Virus record (IMG/VR): IMGVR_UViG_3300015171_000001
Coordinates: 1 to 64,000 of that record
Source of the DNA: a virus
Length of the DNA: 64,000 bases
Strand: one strand, 5' to 3'
Position numbers and translations under genes: made by a program. The first letter of the stretch is position 1, and every line of letters starts with the position of its first letter. The notes below the pieces were generated by a model. That model was not told the origin of the DNA, ran no database searches, and saw only the letters and a program-made list of their open reading frames with translations. Shown in pieces: positions 8,499 to 19,498 of the stretch.

Positions 8499-11459
8499 AT
8501 GGCCAATTCCTACATAAATAATTTAAATGAATTAAGTGCAAGTCAAGCTGCTGTATATGATCTTGCAGTAGTGGTTGATGTTAATAGCAATGCTTCATTA
8601 ACTGGAGAAACGAAGAAAATGACATTCGGAGATCTTTCCGAATTTTTGTTAGCACAACATCCATATGTTAATGAAGAAAATTTAAGTATTAATGATGTTC
8701 CAAAATATCCATTGTCAGCAAGTCATGGTGGAACTGGATTAATATCTTTACCACTGGGAGTTTTAACTGGAAATGGAACAAGTTCATTAATTATTATTAG
8801 TGGGTCAAATGATCAATATTTAGGGTATTTTGGAACAATCAATTTTTATTCTGGATCATATATTACATCGTCTGGGACAAGTTCATACACTGCGTCATTT
8901 ACATCATCAGCAGTGACGTACAGCCTTCAATATTCACATTCTGCACACACATCATCAGCAGATTATAATTTCCCAGATATACAAAATATTCCGACATTTT
9001 TCAGCGAATCTAGTCAATTACCATCATTAATAAGCAGTTCACATCAAGTTAGTTTTAATTTATTGTCAGATGTTCAACACAATTACATATCAGAAAATGT
9101 TGTAGTAGTGAATAATAATGGAACTGGATTAACATATGTTACTTCTTCATTATTTACAAACGACGACACATATAAAAAAGCAAGTGCTGCTGGTGTATAT
9201 TATTTCAATGGGGATATAAGAGAAAAATTATATTCAAATACAAATCCATCGTCTTTATTTTCTGGTACAGATGCATCAATTTATGCACAGAACTTTTTAC
9301 ATTCAACAAATTTATTTCTAAATAAAAATTTAAGACAAATATACTTTACTAGAGGATGTTATCCTAGAAGAAGAGGTGTAGATGTAAATGATTATAAAGG
9401 ATGGACTTGGAGAGAAATGAATAACACAACATCTTCTCAAGCCGAAGCAGTATGTAGATCAAGAGAAGATGGGTATGAATTTATTACATTAGCTAATTTA
9501 TATACATCAAATATCGGAAATAGTTTGACCAATAGTACACAAGATAGTTTTGGAACATTTGTTGTGAGCGAACCTGTTGCTGTTGTATATCACGAACCAA
9601 CAGAAAAGATTTTTGTTGCATGTAGAAATGATCATAACTCTTCAATTATTTATAGAATGGATGCAACTGGGTCACAATCTGATATTGAAAACAGTTGGGA
9701 AGTGTGGGTTGAATTAATTGATGGGACATTAAAAATAGATTGTTTAGAATTAGGAACTATTCCTCAAAGTTTTTATAGTGCAAGTAATCCTTCTGTAAAT
9801 ACAGATTATTTATTTGTGGGTATTTCTCCAGATTGGAATAAAAATACAAATATAGATGTAAATTCAAATGCTGCTATTTTTAAATTTCCTGTAACTGGTT
9901 CTCCAATAGGAAAGTTAAATAATTTTTATCCAAGTGCATATACATTACATCGTTGGTGGGGAAGTTGTTATAACACCGAATTTCCAGATATGGGAAAAAG
10001 TGGAATAAAATCTTTAAAATTATTTGTTGCTAGATTAGATGATGAGGCTTCTGCGTGGGATTCTACAATAGATCCATCATTGGTAGACAAAAGCAATTCT
10101 CGATTGTACACAGTGCATTCTGGTGCGCCTAGTAGGGATGCTATATATACTGCATCAAGTGTTCCTGTTGGAACATATCAAGTAAATTATCCAACTGGTT
10201 CTGCAGTTACGGCAAGTGTATTTTATGATAATAATCAATTTGGTGGACATGGCGTTTTTGAATTATTAATTGGGGAAGTTCCTGATAATAATATCAGCGG
10301 TTCTTTTGATGGAACAAAAGATTTTAATAGACCATATAAAACATGGAGACTTGGAATATTAGAAACTGTTAATGGAAATCAAACTGGATTGAATATTGGT
10401 TATGATGATCCAGGATACCCAACAAATAATACTGGATCATCTGGAATAGGTACTGCAAGAGGAACCAATTTTCAGGTTCATGATAGATTATTCATTTCTA
10501 CATCACCAAATCAAATAGAAGATTTTAATGGAATAACTTATGTTGGACCGTCTGGTTGTAGAGGAACATGTGAAATTACTACGGCAAGTTGCGATCTTTA
10601 TACTGCAAGATATATTTTAAAAAATGGAGATGGTCAAACAGGTCTTGGATTTGTTATGGCAATTCCAGTATTAATGAATAGTGTAAATAATTTTTGTCAA
10701 TCCCCAATAACAATGGGACAACAAGGTTTACAACAAATGACAATTGATCCAGTAGAAGGGAAATTCTATGTTTCGGATTTTTATGCAAGTAATTATTATG
10801 CTACTTTCTCTGGATATACACCGTCACCAGTGTCATCAAGTTATACTGTTAAATTTTCAGAATTTGGAACAATTTATCAAGGAAATTTATGGCAATATTC
10901 TAGAGGAATTAATGGCCAAAGATTATTTGATGATGCCAATCCACAAATTGGATATTCAAAACCTTGTGGACTTACATCTTACAATGAAGGACCAGTTAGT
11001 GCTTCAAGATTAATTTATACAAATGGAGAAAATAATTTTCAATTATCATCTTCATTATTAACTGGCGGAAATACTGTAAATGGATTTAGTAGAACATTTA
11101 CACAAGATAACGTATTGGCACAAGGATTTAATGTATTGTCTATCTCAGATATTGGTCCTACTTATGATGCCGGTATTATTGTAAACTTTTCACAATCTAC
11201 AACCACAAGTGATTATTTGGTTTATGCTTATAATGATCTTGGTGGAAAATTTGGTTCTGGTCAATTACACGATTATGATATTGGATATTATTCTGGATCA
11301 ATTATAACATCATCCATATTACAAAATGCTGCATATTATTTTGGAAAGAACAGAAATCAATTTAGAATAACATACAATGGAGCACAATTTGCTTCTCAAA
11401 GTATGAATGTTTTATATTTTTCGGTATTTGGTGGAAATTATGATAATTTAATTTTTTAA
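8499..11459 (+). CDS. Tail fibre/receptor-binding-like virion protein, paralog B
   Basis: Shares GVYYFNGDIRE, FVACRNDH, NNQFGGHG.FELLIG, GQQGLQQMTIDP, NGFSRTFTQD and YFGKNR with 4958. Confidence 0.7.
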   Translation: MANSYINNLNELSASQAAVYDLAVVVDVNSNASLTGETKKMTFGDLSEFLLAQHPYVNEENLSINDVPKYPLSASHGGTGLISLPLGVLTGNGTSSLIIISGSNDQYLGYFGTINFYSGSYITSSGTSSYTASFTSSAVTYSLQYSHSAHTSSADYNFPDIQNIPTFFSESSQLPSLISSSHQVSFNLLSDVQHNYISENVVVVNNNGTGLTYVTSSLFTNDDTYKKASAAGVYYFNGDIREKLYSNTNPSSLFSGTDASIYAQNFLHSTNLFLNKNLRQIYFTRGCYPRRRGVDVNDYKGWTWREMNNTTSSQAEAVCRSREDGYEFITLANLYTSNIGNSLTNSTQDSFGTFVVSEPVAVVYHEPTEKIFVACRNDHNSSIIYRMDATGSQSDIENSWEVWVELIDGTLKIDCLELGTIPQSFYSASNPSVNTDYLFVGISPDWNKNTNIDVNSNAAIFKFPVTGSPIGKLNNFYPSAYTLHRWWGSCYNTEFPDMGKSGIKSLKLFVARLDDEASAWDSTIDPSLVDKSNSRLYTVHSGAPSRDAIYTASSVPVGTYQVNYPTGSAVTASVFYDNNQFGGHGVFELLIGEVPDNNISGSFDGTKDFNRPYKTWRLGILETVNGNQTGLNIGYDDPGYPTNNTGSSGIGTARGTNFQVHDRLFISTSPNQIEDFNGITYVGPSGCRGTCEITTASCDLYTARYILKNGDGQTGLGFVMAIPVLMNSVNNFCQSPITMGQQGLQQMTIDPVEGKFYVSDFYASNYYATFSGYTPSPVSSSYTVKFSEFGTIYQGNLWQYSRGINGQRLFDDANPQIGYSKPCGLTSYNEGPVSASRLIYTNGENNFQLSSSLLTGGNTVNGFSRTFTQDNVLAQGFNVLSISDIGPTYDAGIIVNFSQSTTTSDYLVYAYNDLGGKFGSGQLHDYDIGYYSGSIITSSILQNAAYYFGKNRNQFRITYNGAQFASQSMNVLYFSVFGGNYDNLIF

Positions 11460-11482
11460 TTTATTGTCGATATTTATAATAT

Positions 11483-11788
11483 ATGAATTCCTATAATTTA
11501 AAATGCGAAGATCTTAATATACAAAATTTTATATTAAATCTAAATGATGATACCACTTTTAATTTGAATATAAATTATGCAAGTGGATCTATAAATGAGC
11601 AGTACAGTGGTAGTTTTGTTAGTTCGGATGATATAAATTATACATTAAATTTTAATACAAATGCAAGTTCAAGTATGAATGATTATTTTTTAAAATTAAC
11701 TATTTCTGGTTCTTCTATTGAGAGTATGAAATATATAAATTCTACAAATATGGCATTTGATTCAAAAATGTATATATTTCATGAATGA
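11483..11788 (+). CDS. Small Asn/Ser-rich protein with three SGS motifs
   Basis: 101-aa ORF; TATTTAT-5-ATG; overlaps the start of the first radical SAM gene. Confidence 0.65.
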   Translation: MNSYNLKCEDLNIQNFILNLNDDTTFNLNINYASGSINEQYSGSFVSSDDINYTLNFNTNASSSMNDYFLKLTISGSSIESMKYINSTNMAFDSKMYIFHE

Positions 11789-12941
11789 GATAAATAAAGA
11801 TATATGTATTCTTCCTTGGCTTTCTTTATTCATTAGAAATGATGGGAATATATATCCATGCGAGATTTTAGCATGGAGATCAAATGATTATCTATTAGGA
11901 AATTTAGAAACAACTACGCTAGAGGAAGCGTTTAATCATCCGGCCATAAAAAAATTAAGAAAAACGGTTTTATTCACAGGAACATGTGAATTATCAAATT
12001 TTCATAAAAATTCTTGTATGTATCTTATAAATCACGAATTATATTCTGATATATATGATAAAATGTATTCTGATACGAGAGAGGATGGTTATTTTGAATT
12101 TAATTTACAAGCTTTATTTTTAAAATTATCTAATTTATGTAATTTAAAATGTGTTTATTGTAATGAACACAGTAGTAGTGTGTGGGAAAAATTTAAAAAC
12201 AAAAATATTAAAAAAATAGATCCAGATGTATATTTGTCAAAGTTATACCCACATTTAAACAATCTTAAAGAGTTGTTTTTTTCTGGAGGAGAACCCATAT
12301 TATATTCATATAATAAAACAATATTAGATTATTTAAAACAAAACAATAAAAATATACAAATAGGAATTGCCACAAATCTGACATATAATTTTGAAAAGTA
12401 TAAATCTTTTTTTGATATTTTAAGTGAGTTTTCTAATAGTAAAGTTTTTTGTAGTATTGATGTTGATCAAGAACAATTTGAATTCATTAGAGAAAATTCT
12501 GATTGGAATTTAGTGAAATATAATTTGGGAAAAATAAAAAATTACAAGAATATAAATGTGTATTTGAATTCGGTTATTTCTACTTTGAGTTCTTTTTATA
12601 TAATGGATTTTCATAAAAGAATGATTTTGGATGGATTATTAGAATGGGATTCAATTCGGTATATTTGTTTAGATAGTCACGAACATCTAAATATTCAAAA
12701 TATGAATTTTAGTAAAAAGAAAGAATTAGAAAATTATCTTTTATTATATTGTGATTTTTTAAAAGAATATGAAAAATCTAATCAAGTAAGAACATATATA
12801 AATAATAAATTTCCTTCGGAAGCAATATTAAAAATAATAGAATTTATGAATCAGATTCCTGCTGACGAAAATTTTATAAACATATTATCAGAAAAAGTTC
12901 CTATAGATATTATTACAAATATTTTTCCTAAATTGTTATGA
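11781..12941 (+). CDS. Radical SAM protein with N-terminal Twitch/SPASM domain
   Basis: CILPW...DGNIYPC; SNLCNLKCVYC (CxxxCxxC); FSGGEP. ATG 11781 preferred over TTG 11757. Confidence 0.9.
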   Translation: MNEINKDICILPWLSLFIRNDGNIYPCEILAWRSNDYLLGNLETTTLEEAFNHPAIKKLRKTVLFTGTCELSNFHKNSCMYLINHELYSDIYDKMYSDTREDGYFEFNLQALFLKLSNLCNLKCVYCNEHSSSVWEKFKNKNIKKIDPDVYLSKLYPHLNNLKELFFSGGEPILYSYNKTILDYLKQNNKNIQIGIATNLTYNFEKYKSFFDILSEFSNSKVFCSIDVDQEQFEFIRENSDWNLVKYNLGKIKNYKNINVYLNSVISTLSSFYIMDFHKRMILDGLLEWDSIRYICLDSHEHLNIQNMNFSKKKELENYLLLYCDFLKEYEKSNQVRTYINNKFPSEAILKIIEFMNQIPADENFINILSEKVPIDIITNIFPKLL

Positions 12942-14089
12942 ATTGCGTTTTGCCATTTTCTCATTTATACCATTTTACAGATGGAAGCACATATCCTTGT
13001 CCAAAATTAGTTTCTAATAAAAATTATATTCTTGGAAAAAATGAAGATTCTGTTGAAACTTTGTTTAATAATGAAATATTAAAAAAAATGAGGTTGCAAT
13101 TTATAAACAAAAATCCACCATCTGTTTGTATTGATCATTGTTTTAATTCTTTAAGTCCAACAAATAAATGTGTAAGAAGTAATACAGAAGAAAACATTGT
13201 TAATTTTTATAATAATGTTAATGAGAGTGGATTTTTAGATACAAAATTTTACACAATAAAGAATATACCAGAATCAAATATATGTAATTTAAAATGTGTA
13301 TATTGTGATGGTAATCATTCATCAAGACATAATAAAAACGAAATAATATTTTCTTTTCAAGATGATGGATTTCGAGAAAAATTTTTATACAATATAGAAA
13401 ATATAAAAGAATGTTGGTTTTCAAGTGGAGAAAGTTTTTTGCAACCAAATTATTTTTGGGCATTGATGGAATTAAAAAAAAGAAATTTAGAAAATGTAAA
13501 AGTATCTATAATAACAAATGGGACAATACTAAATGAGAAAACAAAATTGTTTTTAAGTGTTTTAAATTCTTTTAAAGATCCACATATATTATTTAGTGTA
13601 GATTCAATAGAAAAAAGATTTGAAATCATAAGACAAGGATCGAACTGGAATGATGTCTTAGAAAATATAAAATATATACGAGACAATTATAAAAACATAC
13701 GAATGATTTTTCAACCAGTAATATCAATATTAAACATATTACATTTAAAAGAATTACATTATTTTTTAATGACAGAAAATTTAATTAAAAGTATTGGAGA
13801 TGTTAGATTATATCATCTTAATGGTCCTTCATTTTTAAATATAAAAAATATTAAAAATAAAAAAATTATAAGACTGGCTTTTAATGATTAAATTAAATAT
13901 TTGAATACACATGATAATATGTATGATTATTTTTTTAATACAAAAAGTTTGATTAATAAATTAGATGACATTTATAATTTTATTAATACTTCAGAACAAA
14001 ATCAAAATGATATTATTAATTTAAAAAATTTTATTATTAATATTAACAATGAAGAATTGACAAAAGAAATAGAACTTTTATTAATATGA
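12938..14089 (+). pseudogene. Radical SAM Twitch/SPASM protein interrupted by one in-frame TAA (13889-13891) near its C-terminus
   Basis: CVLPF...DGSTYPC; SNICNLKCVYC; SSGES. ORFs 12938-13891 and 13901-14089 share a frame, joined by TAA-ATT-AAA-TAT. Confidence 0.65.
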
Positions 14090-14925
14090 AAAACGATCTT
14101 ATAAAATTTTATAATAATGATTCTACGCAAAATTTCATTAATAATATAAATAATTTAAATAGAGGACAAAAAAAAGATCCACTATCAACGCTCATATCTT
14201 TTAATTTCTATAAAGAAACTGTTCACACATTTAAACTATATGCCGAATTATTTAAATCTTTTTCAGAAGATGAAATTTTAAAATTTTTACCAGAAACAAC
14301 TCAATTCGAAAAATATTTTCCTTATTGGAACAATACTAGAAATTCCAGTTTATGTTTTGGAATAAAATTGAATAATGATTTAGAGCCGATTTATTATACA
14401 CACATAAAGTTTGATCCAAATAAGAGAATATTTGACAAATTCTCAAAATTTAAAAATCCAAAAATGTTAGATATTACTTATAATTACGAAGAGGTGGAAA
14501 CGGGAATATCTTTTGAATATTATAAACAAACTTGCACAGAAAAAAGATATTGGTATTTTTATGATGATGAAAACAAAAATAAGATTTGTAAAAAATTTGA
14601 TATGTCTAATGAATATATAAATCACATAGAATACACAGAATATGATGATAATACTTCTAAAATAATAATGGTGTATGACTATCCTCAAGATTGGGGAGGT
14701 ACTAATATAGGGACCCCTACAAATTATGTATATGAACAATTAAAAAAACATAATCATGAATTAATTGATAATTGCGTTGATTTTTTCAAAAATGAATTTG
14801 ATATTCTGCCAAAATATTTTGGCTCATATAACAATTCGGAAATAATTAGTATTTATTGGAGTTTGACTAAAAAATGGAACGCCATGAATAAACCATATTT
14901 AAAAAATCACATTATTAATATATAG
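14086..14925 (+). CDS. Hypothetical protein within the modification island
   Basis: 279-aa ORF coupled to the upstream radical SAM gene by an ATGA-type 4-nt overlap; no confident family. Confidence 0.75.
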   Translation: MKNDLIKFYNNDSTQNFINNINNLNRGQKKDPLSTLISFNFYKETVHTFKLYAELFKSFSEDEILKFLPETTQFEKYFPYWNNTRNSSLCFGIKLNNDLEPIYYTHIKFDPNKRIFDKFSKFKNPKMLDITYNYEEVETGISFEYYKQTCTEKRYWYFYDDENKNKICKKFDMSNEYINHIEYTEYDDNTSKIIMVYDYPQDWGGTNIGTPTNYVYEQLKKHNHELIDNCVDFFKNEFDILPKYFGSYNNSEIISIYWSLTKKWNAMNKPYLKNHIINI

Positions 14926-15655
14926 TTAAACATTCAACAAAATTTTTGATGATAAAATCATTTCCCCACAATTTACCTAAATTAGCTATATATTTCTTAT
15001 CTTTAATATCTTGGTATGTTTTTTTTGCTCCACAAACATCTTTAATATCAGAATCTTCATAAGAAGTTAATTGAGCTTCATAATTTACACTTCGCTCATA
15101 ATTGGAATGATCTATAAATTCTAATTTATTGTGATCTAAAAGTCTACATTTCAATCCATATTTCAAAGATCTTAATTTTAAATCAGAATCAATGTAACAT
15201 CTAGTTACTAAATTGCTTCTATTTTCGTCATATCCCCCCAAGGCAATGAAATTATTTCTGTGGAGGGTGATTCTACCACAACTCCCATTTGTTCTCAATT
15301 TCGTCATTAATATTTCATTTTCTCTCAAATTGATCAAATTCTCTAAAAAATAATCATTTATTATATTATCAACATCTAAATTTACCACAATTTCGTTTCT
15401 TGATAATTTATGACATACATTTTTTGAGTGTGCTTCTTTATAATATATCTTATTTTTTGAATAAAAATATGAAAAATTATCATTGATCTTGCAATTGTCA
15501 AATACCCAAGTATCTAATCCATCTGTCGATGAATAATCCAAAAGAACAATTTCATAATTTAATTTCCACTTATTCAAAATATCCAGATTCTTAAAATAAG
15601 TTTCTTTAAAATGGTGTAATCTATTTTTACAAGTTATACAAAATGAATATGTCAT
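14915..15655 (-). CDS. GT-A glycosyltransferase (GT2/GT7-like)
   Basis: SFCITCKNR, EIVLLDYSSTDG, NLDVD (DxD), GGYDE; ATG 15655 preferred. Confidence 0.85.
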   Translation of the reverse strand: MTYSFCITCKNRLHHFKETYFKNLDILNKWKLNYEIVLLDYSSTDGLDTWVFDNCKINDNFSYFYSKNKIYYKEAHSKNVCHKLSRNEIVVNLDVDNIINDYFLENLINLRENEILMTKLRTNGSCGRITLHRNNFIALGGYDENRSNLVTRCYIDSDLKLRSLKYGLKCRLLDHNKLEFIDHSNYERSVNYEAQLTSYEDSDIKDVCGAKKTYQDIKDKKYIANLGKLWGNDFIIKNFVECLTIY

Positions 15656-15709
15656 TATAAATAAAATATCAAACAATTTTTATAATAATAAAATTAATAT
15701 ATATTTTCA

Positions 15710-16624
15710 ATGATCCATTTTTTATCCGAACATTATGTATGTAATTATACAGAAGAAAAAAACAACGAATATTCAAAATATTGTTTGGGAAAGACTACCC
15801 ATTCTGGATATTATTATTGGATTTTAAAAAATTTGGGAATAAAAAATATAAATTTATGTCTGGACTTATGTGAAATAAAGGAAGGTGATATTGTATTTTT
15901 TTATCACGAAAATTATGTTAATTCTCCAGAATATAAATTTAAGGATTTAGAATATATAAAAAATATAACAAAAATCCAAATTATGGGTGATACAGACAAA
16001 AATATTTGGGCAGATATTTATGCTATAAATGATTTAACATATGTTAATCAAAACGAAAATATATATTTTTTAAATTTTCCTTTGCCATCTAATATAAGAA
16101 AAATGAAAGCAAATTTCCCACCAATTACTTTTGGGACATGTTCTACTAGCTGGGGATTAGATACAAAATTTAAAAAGAAGAAATATATAGAAAAATTCAA
16201 AGAATTAAATATGAATATGATTTATGAATTTGAAACAAATTATATGAGAGAAAATATAGATGTATTTTTTTACTTAAGAAATAAACAATTGCATTTACAT
16301 TTTGATGATATGGGTGAACCAAAACATCCAGTTAGAGGATATAAACACGCTAATAGGCTATATCAATCATTTTACATGAATGTTCCTGCTATATTAAATC
16401 CAGAGTCTGCATTGATTAGTGTAAAGAAATCGGAATATGATTTCTTAGAATGTAATACTATTGACGATTTTATTGATAAATCCATTTTTCTTAAAAATAA
16501 TGAATTTTTCTTTAAAAATATGGTAGACAATTGTATAGCAAGATCCGAAGAACATTCTCATCAGGCAATAAAAAGTCAATTTGAAAAAATATTAAATACA
16601 ATATGTGCAGCTTTTCATTTATAA
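15710..16624 (+). CDS. Putative GT-B type glycosyltransferase
   Basis: C-terminal KHANRLYQSFYMNVPAILNPES resembles the GT-B donor-binding motif; context supports it. Confidence 0.5.
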   Translation: MIHFLSEHYVCNYTEEKNNEYSKYCLGKTTHSGYYYWILKNLGIKNINLCLDLCEIKEGDIVFFYHENYVNSPEYKFKDLEYIKNITKIQIMGDTDKNIWADIYAINDLTYVNQNENIYFLNFPLPSNIRKMKANFPPITFGTCSTSWGLDTKFKKKKYIEKFKELNMNMIYEFETNYMRENIDVFFYLRNKQLHLHFDDMGEPKHPVRGYKHANRLYQSFYMNVPAILNPESALISVKKSEYDFLECNTIDDFIDKSIFLKNNEFFFKNMVDNCIARSEEHSHQAIKSQFEKILNTICAAFHL

Positions 16625-17904
16625 ATTCAAAAATTGATATTGATCGTTTATATGAGGCCAATTCTATTCAAAAATTAAGAGGGCCAGATAATACAACTAT
16701 TTCATATTTTAAAAATTACACATTCTTACATAATTTATTAAGCATTACTGGAAACAATGTTAACCAACCATTAACAAATAATTCTGAAGATGTCATTTTA
16801 TTGTTTAATGGAGAAATTTATAATTATGATGCAAAATTTTCTGGAGATTCTGCTTATTTATTAAATTTATATGATGAAGATCCAAATAATTTTTATGAAA
16901 GTTTAGATGGAGAATTTGCTTTTGTTATATGTGATTTAAAAAGAAATCAATTAGTTGTTTCGAGAGATATATTTGGAACAAAGCCATTGCATATAGGAAG
17001 AAATGAAAATGTATTTGGAATATCATCTTATCCATCTTTTTTAAATAAATTAGGAATTGTTGATGTTAATATAATATCTCCAAATAAGATATATTATTAT
17101 TCTTTTTCAGATTTTAAAATCATTAATGAAAAAATAATAAAACGATTTGATTTGAATCAATATAAAAATTCTTATGATGATTGGATTTGTTCATTTGAAA
17201 ATTCCATTAAAAAAAGAACAAACACAGATAAAAATATATTCATGACTCTCAGTAGTGGATATGACAGTGGAGTTATTTTTCACGAACTTAATAGACAAAA
17301 TATAAATTTTGATACATTTTATATTCCAATAAATGAAGATTTGGATATTTTAAAAGAAAGATTACAATTTTTCAAATCTTACAAAAATTTTAATGAAATA
17401 TTTATAAATAATATAGAATTTTTTGAAAAAAATGTCGAGAATTTTGTTTATAACTTTTTTAATCAAACTGTTTTTACCGATAACGCTTCTAAAGGAATGT
17501 ATCAAATTTGTTTGGAGGCAAGGAAAAGAAATAATAAGATTTTAATTTCTGGTCAAGGATCTGATGAAATATTTTCAGATTATGGAATTTTGGGATATGA
17601 TAGATATAATTATTCAACATTAAAAGGAATTTTTCCAGAAAATTTATCCGAAGTTTTTCCTTGGAATAATTTTTTTGGTGGTAAACAACAAGCTTATTTA
17701 TTAAAAGAAGAGAGTGTTTCAGGAGCATGTGGCATAGAATCTAGATATCCATTCTTAGATAAATTAGTTGTTCAAGAATTTTTGAATTTAAGTGTGAAAT
17801 TAAAAAATAGAAGATATAAATCTCCACTAGATTATTATTTTAATAAATATAAATTTCCATATTTACTGAATGATAAAAAAGGATTCTCTCCATATGCAAA
17901 ATAA
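16603..17904 (+). CDS. Asparagine synthetase B-like glutamine amidotransferase
   Basis: N-terminal Cys2, RGPD, FNGEIYN, LDGEFAF, RDIFGTKPL, LSSGYDSG, SGQGSDEIF, RYPFLD. Confidence 0.9.
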   Translation: MCSFSFINSKIDIDRLYEANSIQKLRGPDNTTISYFKNYTFLHNLLSITGNNVNQPLTNNSEDVILLFNGEIYNYDAKFSGDSAYLLNLYDEDPNNFYESLDGEFAFVICDLKRNQLVVSRDIFGTKPLHIGRNENVFGISSYPSFLNKLGIVDVNIISPNKIYYYSFSDFKIINEKIIKRFDLNQYKNSYDDWICSFENSIKKRTNTDKNIFMTLSSGYDSGVIFHELNRQNINFDTFYIPINEDLDILKERLQFFKSYKNFNEIFINNIEFFEKNVENFVYNFFNQTVFTDNASKGMYQICLEARKRNNKILISGQGSDEIFSDYGILGYDRYNYSTLKGIFPENLSEVFPWNNFFGGKQQAYLLKEESVSGACGIESRYPFLDKLVVQEFLNLSVKLKNRRYKSPLDYYFNKYKFPYLLNDKKGFSPYAK

Positions 17905-18703
17905 ATCTCTAGTTTGTTTATTAGATAAATCATATTCAGAACAATTCTCAATTTTTATTTATTCTTTATTAAAAAATAATCCTTGGTTTAATTATGATAT
18001 AAACGTTTTTTATTGGGAAGATGATCTAATAAATGATATTGATAAATTTAAAAATATATATAAAAAAATAATTTTTAATAAAATAAACGAGACATTGTAT
18101 GAAGATTGTTTAATAACTAAAAAATGGAGAATTTGGAATTACAATCCATTTTATAGATTTGAAATATTTTCATTAAAAAATTATTCCAAAATTGTCTATA
18201 TGGATTTAGATATGTTAATTTTAGGAGACATTTCATTTCTGTTCAATAATGATATTGATTTTGCTGGGTGTCCAATATTATTTGGGACTGGTATGGAATT
18301 TATAGGAAAAACAAATAAAAACAGATTTAATGGAGGATTACTTATTATCTCCGAAAAGTATCTAGGTAATAAAATACGAGACGATTTAATTAGTATGTGT
18401 GAGATGAAAAGTTATTCTGGAAATCAAACCCCATTAAATTTTTATTTTCAAAACAATGTTACTTTTATAGATCCTATTTATAATTTTTCTTTAGATTTAA
18501 ATTTTGATATTAATTTCGAAGATATTAAAGTGTTGCATTTTATAGGAAATATAAAGCCATTTTTTTCAAATCCAAATAAATTTTTAATAACAGAAAATTT
18601 TGAAGAATATATATATTCAAAAGCATCTATTAAAAATTGCTTTAATGCTTTATTAATTTACGATCAATATAAAAAAGAGTTTTATGATAAACACATTCAT
18701 TAA
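17894..18703 (+). CDS. GT8 family glycosyltransferase
   Basis: IVYMDLDML, FNGGLLII, NQTPLN, YNF, LHFIGNIKP; ATG 17894 preferred. Confidence 0.85.
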   Translation: MQNKSLVCLLDKSYSEQFSIFIYSLLKNNPWFNYDINVFYWEDDLINDIDKFKNIYKKIIFNKINETLYEDCLITKKWRIWNYNPFYRFEIFSLKNYSKIVYMDLDMLILGDISFLFNNDIDFAGCPILFGTGMEFIGKTNKNRFNGGLLIISEKYLGNKIRDDLISMCEMKSYSGNQTPLNFYFQNNVTFIDPIYNFSLDLNFDINFEDIKVLHFIGNIKPFFSNPNKFLITENFEEYIYSKASIKNCFNALLIYDQYKKEFYDKHIH

Positions 18704-19496
18704 AGATAATTTAAATTTCCATAATAAATTATTTATAAATTCTGTTCTATCAAATGCGGGATCTTGTTGTGTGTGGACTTATAATGTAGAAAATTTAAAA
18801 AAACAAACTCCATTTGGAGTAAAAATTAAAAATGCAGAAGAAATAATTCCAAAAATAATTATGGAAGAAATTTATAACATTTTTCCAAATTTATTCATAA
18901 AATATTTTAAATTTGCCTATTTGTATGATTATGGTGGATGTTTTTGTGACCCAACAATTGTAATTACAAATAAAAAATTAATAAAAGAAATAGACTCTCA
19001 TGAAAATTTGATATTTTGTGATAAAGAGTATTGTGATTTTCTAACGAGTGGCAATTTAGATAAAGAAGCTTTTGATAAATTTATAAAAGTTGGTAAAAAT
19101 AAAATAGAATTTTCTAGAGATATGTTTTTATATATAGAAAATTTTATTTTTAAGGAAAATAAAAATCCTAGATTATTTTTTCCAGAAATGAATATAACAT
19201 ATATTAATAAAAAAATAGAAACTTGTAATCAATTTTATAAGAAATTATATTATTCTGCTAATGAATATAAATTTCAAATTGGTGATGACAATCAATTAAC
19301 TATAGAATGTAAAGAAGATTGGAAGAATTTTCCTATTAGTGATATGAATAAAATTAGGGAAAAATTAAAAATCATTATGGATAATCTATATTATATAGAT
19401 TTATCAAATTTTAATTTAACTAATTTACATACATTACCAACAATAATAATGTTGTTAATAAAAAGAATACAAAATTCTGAATTTAATATATTATAA
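18684..19496 (+). CDS. Divergent GT32-like (DxD) protein
   Basis: FAYLYDYGGCFCDPT resembles RxxxLYxxGGxYxDxD but is degenerate. Confidence 0.5.
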   Translation: MINTFIKDNLNFHNKLFINSVLSNAGSCCVWTYNVENLKKQTPFGVKIKNAEEIIPKIIMEEIYNIFPNLFIKYFKFAYLYDYGGCFCDPTIVITNKKLIKEIDSHENLIFCDKEYCDFLTSGNLDKEAFDKFIKVGKNKIEFSRDMFLYIENFIFKENKNPRLFFPEMNITYINKKIETCNQFYKKLYYSANEYKFQIGDDNQLTIECKEDWKNFPISDMNKIREKLKIIMDNLYYIDLSNFNLTNLHTLPTIIMLLIKRIQNSEFNIL

Positions 19497-19498
19497 CA

